This document shows positions 29,601-39,700 of a stretch of DNA of 64,000 nt, one piece after another (the first letter of the stretch is position 1; every line of letters starts with the position of its first letter). The notes beneath the pieces were generated by a model. It saw only the letters and a list, made by a program, of their open reading frames with translations, had not been told where the DNA came from and ran no database searches. The stretch is from a candidate division Zixibacteria bacterium HGW-Zixibacteria-1 (GTDB lineage: Bacteria; Zixibacteria; MSB-5A5; GN15; PGXB01). The position numbers and the translations under genes are program-made. The DNA is taken from the NCBI GenBank assembly GCA_002838945.1, contig PGXB01000017.1, positions 1,185 through 65,184 on the forward strand, given 5' to 3'.

Positions 29601-29841
29601 CTATATAGCCGCTGAGAAATCTGAATCCCAATTGGCCGCTGCAATTGACGGTCATGCCTATGTTGCCATCCGAATGAACACCGACAAACTGCGGCCATTT
29701 GACGGGAAGCTGAGAGGCAGCGTTTGTTTTGGCGGTACCGCAAAATTGTGGAGAGAAGATGCTTCCTTCCGGATTGGCACAATTTGCCACAGGCGTTGTC
29801 AAAAAGATAAATAAAACTATGACCAGTGAAAGTTTACACAT
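26653..29841 (-). CDS. large secreted protein with FN3-like modules and a T9SS type-A C-terminal sorting domain
   Basis: I prefer start ATG 29841 (MCKLSLVIVLFIFLTTPVANC, a signal peptide); the ORF track extends to 30021. The C-terminus is YQNYPNPFNPSTTIEYYLP...GVYFYRLRADDFIRTEKMLLLK. Confidence 0.8.
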   Translation of the reverse strand: MCKLSLVIVLFIFLTTPVANCANPEGSIFSPQFCGTAKTNAASQLPVKWPQFVGVHSDGNIGMTVNCSGQLGFRFLSGYIDDPESDLPPTSFVMPPRSNQQYLFAGGLWIGGVVNGDSIVSAGANGWNYYSQEFRPDEAGPGTVRLQGGVADKQFVATYSDTVGESFYLDPRIEGLAVRERTCSWVTPPYNDFILYELTIRNIGPNPIFDTWFGYYIDCDVYAMTTIPIFGHTDDFGGLRRVSGIAYIMDNDGDPLINGDYTWNEESIRGVFGMKLIEMSPPAIDTSFNWWMRTTDGGSDWGPRYIGDTSQPLYVFDGGGNGQPTTDRDRYYLLSNSEIDYDFLWMTFMKDDPNWLPNPTSGGNLDRGFDFRYLYSFGGFDLMPGDSVRFVFALVGGEEVHVEPDDFVNYFDNEVPEKLYYHFDFSDLEKNAAAAKALYESEYVLAPPLGSVQGTEIVSVAGDGVHIQWLPREHPDMIGYNIYIAAVPDSQSFFSDTVLRYRDTSSMVLYNVDSVISGTQYVINGLTEGLMYFYSVATVSSAGEGRKSKPAYFTYGFPNPPMTDSTTEYISAGGLFTISWLPTDDDIDHYNIYKRVGYGEFSKSYGPTVYRLPEYLGDPYDSVAYYIQDDDTTALYFFKMEPIASVPADDTLFIDSAVNADLYYFITAVDAAGRESELSTPIHVFVRDLIDKDILIYLPNAGKTINVQSIDSLMAFYDRVFAGRNLTYDYFFLIDSAGMDGCEEYACMGWSTMAPYRFVLFDDNLRDATLYYEVYGSFTNTLKDYINTGGNLIYFGNLLNGYSSIFLDTLTLRFQPGIFEYDILHLDSLRTLGLTLYSDGIISDEDTLGGLIRAEPALDEFPELYVDTAFYWWNASFYMAYIWPIETPPMTGCLFPRAPAETIYYYRSLYPETSQFEGMPCGVRYSMEDADVYSFIMHPWFFGAENIRDLINTIIEQAPVSAPDDDPVLPDEFALYQNYPNPFNPSTTIEYYLPRTANVQMDIYNILGQKVRVLTADRVIAGHHSIIWDGNDSHGKPVSTGVYFYRLRADDFIRTEKMLLLK

Positions 29842-30584
29842 AGTCGAACATACGAAAGAAAACGGACAAGTACTCCGGCCCGGTTCAATAATTGGTCGTG
29901 AGGATTTTTTAAAACTAATGGCGGCAATAAAATGAGGTAATGAGCCAATCATGACAACCCTCCTGCTAAAGGTTGCCATCTTCTTTTCAATCTTAAGCTT
30001 AAGATACCCAGCCGATATCAAATGTCAACAAAAATCTATGTCTTGAAAAGATTAACTGCCAGTGTCCCAAAATTTAAGGGAGAATTTTATATTGAAGCTA
30101 TGTTCTTATTGAAGTGAGATATTTCAAAGCACATATTTAACGACATAATTTTGCCCCCGAAATGCCTCGTCGGATGCACTCTCATGCATACAATTGCATA
30201 GAAAATATGAACCGGTCTGCAGCAAACCTTTATAGCAATGATTATTATTGCCTCTTTTGGTCACAGCGGCTGTTTGCTCAAATATCAGCCAGAAATCGTA
30301 AGCACAATTATTCCAAGTAGTTATACGGGCCAGGAAATATCATTTCGGACAATACAACAATTTTTCCGGACAAAATTGAGATTATTTTCTTTATGGTCGG
30401 ATGGATTTTGGACAGGGCAAGGTAATTGCGTAATTAGTTGACGCAATAGTCATTTTGGTGAGATTCACAGGGTTGAAATTAACTTTTATAGATAGAGGTT
30501 ACATCAATCGCGGACAGCTGCGGAAAATTTGTTAAAAGAGTGTGAGAAAACAATTTCCGCGGGCCGCGAAGCTCCAAAAATAGC

Positions 30585-30612
30585 TTGACAGGACAACGTT
30601 TTCCGGTATATT
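30585..30612 (+). promoter_or_regulatory. possible sigma70-type promoter of the giant cargo gene
   Basis: TTGACA (30585-30590), 16-nt spacer, TATATT (30607-30612), about 185 nt upstream of ATG 30798. Confidence 0.35.
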
Positions 30613-30797
30613 AAAGTGATTTTTAAGAATACTTGCCTGGTTATAACGGAGTCTAATTAAACTCGATTTTTTTCGAGAACTGAATACTTGGTATATGAGT
30701 GACATTTTGGGAACAAAGCGAGTATTATCATATTCATCAAGCACCCTCACCACCAGTCACTGCTATCAGGAGCGTAATCGAACCTTTGGAGGAAATA

Positions 30798-33700
30798 ATG
30801 ATTAGGCCGAAACTGCTTTTGCGACTTGTGGTTTCCTTAATCTTTTTAAGTACCGCTATAGTTGTCAATGCCCTTGGGGAAACCAACAGCCCCCAGTTAA
30901 ATTTCTCGGAAAGCGACCAATCTCCGGGTGGAGATTATTTTGGCGCTGAAAGTGATTACATCACTCTGGCGCAAATTGAGATTGAACCGGAAGCCATCAC
31001 CGGCCAAACAGCGGAAGATGGTGCAATTTCCGATTGCCCAGATTGCCCGCCCGATTCAAAGCCTTATTTTGTTAACTTCACCGCGATCGACAGTATCTCT
31101 TTATGCGAAGGCCAGAGTATTTATGATACTTTTGTCGTAGTTGATTCGAACCTGAATCAGAAGGTCACGGTGGAGCTGCTGGCCGGTCCGGGGACATTAG
31201 TCTCGACCACCAGTCATCCACCCGTCAAGGCATATTATGAATTCACTCCCGAGACTGATGGAAGTTTCGAAATAACACTCCTGGCATATGACAGCAATGG
31301 TGACTCCACCATCGTCACAAAAACATATCAGGTTTTTGCCAATTTGAAGCCGATTATAACTTCCGGCGACACAACCTTTTTTAATTGTTTCGGCGGAAAA
31401 TATTATCATTATGACATCGACGCCTATGATCCGGACAGCAGCACATACTTGCGGTTCCGGTTGCTGTCACATCTTGGCACAATAAATTTTTATACCGGTG
31501 AATTGCAATTCTGGGCTGATCAGCCCGGCCAATATTGTTTCCTGGTGGAAGTTGCGGATAATTGCGGCGCGGATACGGCCGAAATATGCGTTGATATTGT
31601 TTTCAATTCAACCCCAATATTGAATAATCCTGATCAGGTGTTCCATATCTGTGCGCCGGATTCGATCTGTTTTGATATTTTCGCGACTGATCCCGATGGC
31701 GAAAATGTTATTATCACTCAACTCAGCGGCCCCGGTGCTTTCAATATGACAAGTGACACATCGGGCCAAACCTGTTTCTTGCCCGAATATGTCGATTCGG
31801 CCGATTATGTTTTTATTTATCAGGCGGTCGACAGCTGTCTGAGCGTCAAATGCAGTGAGGGCGAGCTATCCTGTCCTCCGATTCCCCTTGATACGGTCAT
31901 TATTACGGTTATCAGGGGAGAGACCGCCTTTTTAGCTTGTCCCAATGATACTTCATTGTTTATCTGTCAGCCGGATACTTTATGTTTCCCGCTGGGGGAA
32001 TTGCCTGAAGGAGCCATCGTCACAGTTGACCCGCCGTCCGCCTGGTATGATGCCCTTAACGGCACGGTCTGTTTCTATACGAATTGCACCGTCAAGAAAG
32101 ATATAAAAGTGGTTGTCGAATCGATCTGCGGTATGGACAGCTGCATGTTTGGGGTCAACGTTACCATGAATTCCGCCCCGCTGGTCATAGCGGCGCCGGA
32201 TACGGCTATGTCACTCTGCGACCCGGATGAAATATGTTTTGCCGTCGGCATCAGCGATGTTGATGATAATATTACACAAATTACCGTTACGCCGTCCGGG
32301 ATATACAATTCGATCACCGGGGAAGTCTGTTTCACCCCGGTCGGAGCCGGAACAAGCACGATAATTATTACTGCCATAGATGACTGCGGCGCTATTGATG
32401 CCGATTCAATCAATATCGATGTTACGTTGAATTCCAAGCCGACCGTCACTGCGACGACTGACACTGCAGTGTATTTCTGCAATATAGAAGAGATATGTAT
32501 TCCGGTGGAAATATCAGACGCCGATGACGATATCGTCGGAGTGTCTGTCAGCCCGTCCGGTTATTATGATTCCGAAAAAGGCGTGGTTTGTTTCACGCCC
32601 GACTCATCCGGTACCTTTGCCATTACTGTTAAGGCTGCCGACATATGTGGTTCCGAGGGGATGGCCACGATAAATGTCACGGTGGGGCTGGATAATCCGC
32701 CGGTTGTTATTTCTGCTGATGATAGTACCGTTTTCCTGTGCGAACTGGAGCAGATTTGTTTTCCTGTCAACATAACCGATCACGAGAATAATATTACCGC
32801 CATCAATGTTTATGGCGATGGCCGGTATGTTAACGGTTTTGTCTGTTTCACGCCGACGCAGTTCGGGGATTACACATTCATTATTCAGGCGGAAGATGAG
32901 TGCGGCAATCGTGGATCCGACACGACCATTATAAATGTGACCGTCAATTCCGCGCCGACCGTCGAAATGGAAAGCAGCCTGGAAGTATTCCAGTGCGTCT
33001 TCGAGCAAATTTGTATCGATGTCAATGTTTTCGACATCGATGATAATCTTACCGGCATATCGACCGATTTCGGTTCTTATGACGCCGAGAATAGAGTTGT
33101 CTGTTTCACGCCGTCCGCGGCGGGAACTTATATGATAACCGTTACGGCGACCGATGAATGCTATGCTTCCGGCAAAGACGTTATCTTTGTCACCGTCGTA
33201 AGCGGTGAGGGTGCTTCGATCGTGTGCCCGGATGGCCCGATCAGCAAGAGTCTCTGCGGCGCACAGACAATTTGTTACCCTCTTGAAGTTACTCCGGATG
33301 AGGTGGTGCTGTCTACATCCTATGGATCTATTACCGACAGCAGCCGGCTGTGTTTCACCGCCGATACGGCTGGAACATACATCATTAAAATCATTGCCGA
33401 CGCTGCCTGCGGCTCAGATACCTGTGAACTGGTCTTTAATGTCGACATGGGCGAGATTCCCGAAATCAGTTGCCCGGCCGATACCGCCGTCAGCCTTTGC
33501 GGCGCCGATGCGATCTGCCTGCCGATAGAAATATCCCCGGCCAGTGCCAATATCACCGTTTCGCCGGCTGGATATTATGAGAACGGTTCGATCTGTTTCG
33601 ATGTCGATTCTTCCGGTCACTATGAAATTACGATCGTGGCCGATAATGATTGCGGCGCTGACACCTGTTCATTCGCAGTTGAGGTTTCCTTCAACGGGGC

Positions 33701-36700
33701 ACCCGATATCATCTCGGGCGACACCGCTATGTTTATTTGCGAGCCATCTATTATAAATTATCCGGTCATCGCCAATGATTTCGAAAGCGATCCAATTACT
33801 TACTCGCTCGTTTCCGGACCCGGAAGTATAAATCCTGAAACCGGCTTGATAAGTCTCAATGCCGAATCATCCGGGAAATACTGCTTTGCAGTTGCGGCCT
33901 CGGATTTCTGCGGAAGTGATACAGTCGAAATATGCATAACCGTGGCGATTAACAGCGCTCCGGTCGTGGTTTCGCCTGAAGATTTTCAGATTAAACTCTG
34001 CCAGCCGTCACCGCAATGTTTCCCGGTGGATATCACCGATATCGACGATAATATTTCCGGTATGACGGTAAGTAAGGGCTCCTATTCGCACAAATATGTC
34101 TGCTTTACGCCTGACACGAGCGGCATCTATCAGTTTGTTATTACCGCAACCGATTCCTGCGGCGCCAGTGATGCCGATACAACAATCGTTGAAGTTATTT
34201 TGAACACCGCCCCGGTGGTCACATCAGCTCCCGATTTCGACACGATGCTTTGCGATCTTGGCGAAATTTGCGTCGATGTCGATATTTTCGATGCCGAAGA
34301 TAATATTCAATCAATATCGTCTTATACAGGTTACTATAATATCGAAACAAAACAGGTCTGTTTCAGTCCCGAGATCGAAGGCATCTATTATATTATCACG
34401 ACCGTTTCCGACTCCTGCTTTTCATCCGATGTCGATACGACAATCGTTACTGTCACTCTTGACCAGTCTCCTGCAATTACATGTCCCTTTGACCCGGCGA
34501 ATATCAGAATCTGCCAGGCTCAGGACTTCTGCTTCCCCATCGAGATTAGTCCATCGAGCGCTTTGGTCACGACTTCATATGGCGCATATTCCGATGGTCA
34601 GCTCTGCTTTATGGCCGATTCGAGCGGCATGTATGTCATCATGATAACAGCGGAAACCTCTTGCGGAACCGATACCTGCTACGCCGCTTTTGATGTCGTC
34701 ATCGGCGAGACTCCACAGTTGACTTGTCCTGCCGATACTACCATTGAGCTTTGCGCCCCCGAGAAAATATGTCTCCCGGTAAGTATGACGCCTTCAAATG
34801 CCTCTATTAACGTGTCGCCGGGCGGTTACTACGAAAATGGTTCAATCTGTTTCGATGCCGAGACTTCCGGCCATCATGAATTTCTCGTGACTCTTGAGAA
34901 CGATTGCGGGACCGATAGCTGCTCATTTGCAGTCGATGTCGTGCTCCAGGGTACTCCGATAATAGTTGCTGAAGACACGTCCATGTTTATCTGTAAACCG
35001 GGCACAATTGAATATCAAATAAACTTAACCGAAAACGGTAATAATCCGACCGCGTTTACATTGATTGCCGGAGCCGGCGAGGTCAACAGCCAGAGCGGTT
35101 TGCTGAATTTTGCGGCCGATACCTCCGGTTTATATTGTTTCACTGTCGCGGCAGCGAATGATTGCGGCGCCGATACGGCCGACTTCTGTATCGACATCAC
35201 CCTCAATAGCCGGCCGGTGGTCATTTCAGCGGAAGATTTTCAGATTAATCTCTGCAAGCCATCGCCGCAGTGTTTTCCTGTGAGCGTTTCTGATTTCGAC
35301 GGCAATATTGCGGGCATTAGTGTTAATACCGGCGCATATTCGCACGGCTATGTTTGTTTCACGCCTTATACCAGCGGTCAATACACATTTATCATAACGG
35401 CGACAGATTCCTGCGGCGCGACGGCAATGGATACCACGGTGATTAATGTTGTCATGAACACGACTCCGATCGTTGTTTCGGCTCCGGATATCGACACCTT
35501 CCTGTGCAGTCTGGATGATATTTGCGTTGATGTCGAAATTATTGATGCCGAAGGGAATATAAAGTCGATTACCAATAATATTGGGCAGTTCAATTTCGAA
35601 ACAAATCAGATTTGCTTTACACCGGACGGTGAAGGGACATATTATCTGGTTACAACCGCCGTCGATTCCTGTGGCAAATCGGATGCCGATACCACTATCG
35701 TTAACGTTACAATGGGTGAGGGCGCCTCGATAACATGCCCGATTGATCCAGCCGATGTCTTCCTTTGCCAACCCCAGGAATTCTGCTTCCCGCTGGAAAT
35801 CACAGCCCAGTCGGTCAGCACCTCTTATGGCTCATATTCCGCGGGACAATTGTGTTTCTATGCCGACAGCAGCGGCACTTATGTTATTGAAGTTATTGCC
35901 ACTACCGAGTGCGGATCGGACACCTGTTATGTAACCTTCAATATTTCATTAGGGGAGACGGTCAGTATTACCTGCCCTCCCGATACATCAATGACAATCT
36001 GCGGACCGGAGACAATTTGTCTGCCGGTTATGGTTTCGCCGGTTAATGCGGCTGTCACTGTCTCGCCGTTTGGAACATATCAGGAAGGCCATGTCTGTCT
36101 CGATATCGAGCAGGCCGGGAATTATGAGTTTACACTGACGGCACAGACTGATTGCAGCCTTGATTCCTGCTCCTTTGCCGTCAATGCACAGTTTAATAGA
36201 GCGCCGGAACTTATTGCGAGCGACACTTCTATTTATAACTGCAGCCTTGCCGAAACATATCAGTACCAGGTTAGGGCCTCGGATTTCGAAAACGACATAA
36301 TCAACTTTGATCTTATTTCTCCTATTGGAAATATTAATCCGACGACCGGTCTGATTACGTTTTCGGCTGACTCGGCAGGCACATACTGCTTTAACGTCGT
36401 CGCCAGTGACGCATGCGGCGCCGACACTGCCACGATATGTATCGCCCTTGATCTGAATTCGCCCCCGGTGGTAATTGCCGCAAATGATACCACTGTTATT
36501 ACCTGCGATTATTCCGAAATCTGCATTCCGGTCGATGCTTATGATTCCGATGGCAACCTGGATGCAGTTACATCAAATTCCGGCAGCTATGCCGATGGCC
36601 TGGTCTGTTTCAGTGCCGACGGGGCAGGCGTTTATGCCATAATCGTAACGGCCGTTGATATTTGCGGCGCCACCGATGTTGATACTGCTATCGTGACGGT

Positions 36701-39700
36701 TGTCGAGGGACAGTCACTGTCACTTCAGTGTCCGCCTGATACATCGATCTTTATTTGTAATCCGGATACCCTTTGCATACCGGTGGACGGTATTCCTGAA
36801 GGGGCAATCGTGACCGTCAATCCTCAATCCGCCTGGTATGATGCCTCTCAGCAGACCGTATGTTTCTATACAAATTGTTCGGTCGAAAAAGATTTGAAAA
36901 TAATAGCCAGGACCGATTGTGCCGTCGACAGTTGCACTTTCTCCGTCAATGTCACCATGAATTCCGCGCCCCTGGCCATTATGCAGCCGGATACGGTTCT
37001 GTCGCTTTGCGCTCCGAAAACGATTTGTCTGGCGGTCGGTATTTCCGATGTGGATGATAATATTATCGCAGTCGAGGTTTCGCCGGGTGCAGCTTATAAC
37101 GAAATTACCGGGACCGTTTGCTTTACGCCCAATATCGGCGGAAAACACGTGATCAAAGTTCGCGCGGTGGATGCCTGTGGCATGTACGATCTCGATTCGA
37201 CGGTGGTCACGGTAAACTTCAACTCAATTCCTCAGGTAATTGTACCCTCTGAATACGATGCCTTCGTCTGTGAAATAGATGAAGTTTGTTTCCCGGTCGA
37301 AATAATCGACGCCAACAACAATATTACCAATATTTCGGTCTCGCCCTCAGGCCAGTACGACCCCGCAACGGGAGAAGTGTGCTTTACGCCGGAGGCCGAC
37401 GGGACATATCGAATTGTCATTACTGCGACCGATGCCTGCGGATATATTGCTTCCGACACCACCAGCGTAAACGTAATTATGAATCGGCCGCCTGTTATAA
37501 CGGCCGCGGACACAACCGTTTTCTCGTGCAGCAGAATCACTGTTTGCGTTCCGATCAACGCGCAGGACCCGGACGGCAACTTATCGAAAACCACCGTCAC
37601 GGGAGCCGGTTATTATGGCGGTTATGCTTGTTTCTCGACATCAGTATCCGGTATTCGTCAGCTTATCATCAAGGCCGTCGATTCCTGCGGCGCCATTGAC
37701 ATGGATACGATATATGTGAACACCATAATAAATTCGGCTCCGCTGGTTATTTCCGGACCCGACACTTTGGTCTTTCAGTGTGTTTTCAGTGATATCTGTA
37801 TCGATGTGGATATCTCCGACATCGATTATAATATTACGACTATAGAGACAAATTACGGTTCTTATGACGCCTTGTCACATACGGTATGTTTCACGCCGAC
37901 CGAAGCCGGAACTTATGAAATAATCACCACAGTTCATGACGCCTGCGGACTTGTCAGTGAAGACCGGACCATTGTAACAGTCGAAACCGTTGCACCGCCG
38001 CAAATAGACTGCCCGTTTGAACCGGTGGCCAAATATCTCTGCGGTCCGGGACTTGTTTGCTACGAATTGGGAGTTTCTCCGGCTAACACCATCGTTACGA
38101 CTTCTTATGGCAACTTTGAAAACGGAAATCTGTGTTTCCAGGCCGATACTGCGGGAATATATGTTATTAATGTCACCGCGGAAACAGCCTGCGGAAACGA
38201 TGAATGCGCTTTGACGTTTAATGTAGTAATCGGCGAGGATGCTGTGGTTTCATGTCCTGCCGATACCGCCATATTCCTCTGCGGTGCAGGGCAAATATGT
38301 CTACCGGTTGCAGCTTCACCCGAATACGCTCAAATTACGGTTTCGCCGACAGGCGCCTATTCGGACGGGATGGTCTGTTTCAGCGCCGACACGGCCGGGA
38401 CATATCGACTGCTGGTCGTAGCCGCGACCGACTGTGGTTCCGATTCCTGCACGATCCGGGTCGATGTCGAGTTCAATGCGGCCCCGGTCGTCAATGCCGG
38501 AAATGACACGACCTATTTCCAGTGTGATTTGCAGGAAATCTGCCATAAGATCAATATCGTTGACTCCGATAATTCCATAGATTCGATAAAAGTAATGCCT
38601 TTTGGAACGTACAGCGAACTGACCGGTTCGGTTTGTTTCATGCCGCCCGATACAGGCCTGTACTGTTTCACTGTGACAGCTTATGACGAATGCGGCGCGA
38701 CGGATTCGGATGAATTCTGCGTAACGATTACGACCGGTCCTGCGGCTGATATTCAATGTCCGACGGCGCCCATTTACAAGAGGATCTGCGACCCCGGTGA
38801 TATATGCGTCCCGCTGACCATAACACCGGCCTCGGCCAATATCACCGTTTCCTTCGGCCATTATTCAAACGGCTCACTCTGCTTCTACGCCGACACCGCC
38901 GGACTTTATAACATCAGAGTCATTGCTTCCGATATTTGCGGGGCCGACACCTGTAATGTGGCAGTTAATGCGGCCTTTGATGCGTATGTTTCAATTGGCT
39001 GCCCCAGTCTGCCGGTTTCCGTATCACTGTGCCAGCCAGATACGGTCTCGATTCTTGTCCCGATTACACCATCGTCGGCATCATTGACTATTCAACCGGC
39101 GGGCATTTACAACTTCCAGACGAAGATGCTTAAATTCTTTGCCGATACTTCGGGCCATTATGTAATAAAGGTTATTGCCGGCACACCCTGCAGCATCGAT
39201 ACCTGTGTTATCGAAGCGGATGTCAGTCTATATCAGGTTCCGCAGATAACCTGCCCCGGCAACATCGATACCCTGATCTGTTTATCCGAAACGTCGGAAA
39301 TCTGTTTCCCGGCCGGTGTGGTGGGAGCCGAAGTAACCATAAAAATCCTGCCGGCCGGCAGCTATAGCGGGGGCATGGTTTGTATCCCGGTGACTTCGGC
39401 AGGGCTTCATCGGGTAACCATCATCGCCTCATCCCAGTGCGGCGCCGATACCTGCATAACGAACGTAAACGTCCGGGCCAACGCAGCGCCGGTTCTGACC
39501 GTTCCCGCGGACATTGTCGTTCCCTGGTGTGACGATGAAACCGAACCGCTCTGCATCGACGGCATTTTTGCCAAAGACAATAATGGCGATGCCCTTACGA
39601 TTACCAAAGTGTGCGGCATGGGCACATACACCCCGATCCGGGCCGACAGCGGAATTATCTGCTTTGATCCGCCTAATATTGATTCAACATATGAGTTCTG

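Noticed and set aside
30238-30753. ORFs 30238-30441 (+, 67 aa) and 30532-30753 (-, 73 aa) in the divergent intergenic region.
   Set aside because: They have no RBS and no recognisable motif. The second overlaps the predicted promoter and 5-prime UTR of the giant gene. I treat the region as non-coding.
30699-30797. N-terminal extensions given by the ORF track (30699 for the giant gene, 30021 for the other cargo, 16261 for DUF262, 57045 for the receiver gene, 42315 for yjbQ, 48875 for maf, 49269 for dtd).
   Set aside because: In each case an internal start with an RBS, a signal peptide, or the family-typical N-terminus is more plausible, and the extension would overlap a neighbouring gene or promoter.
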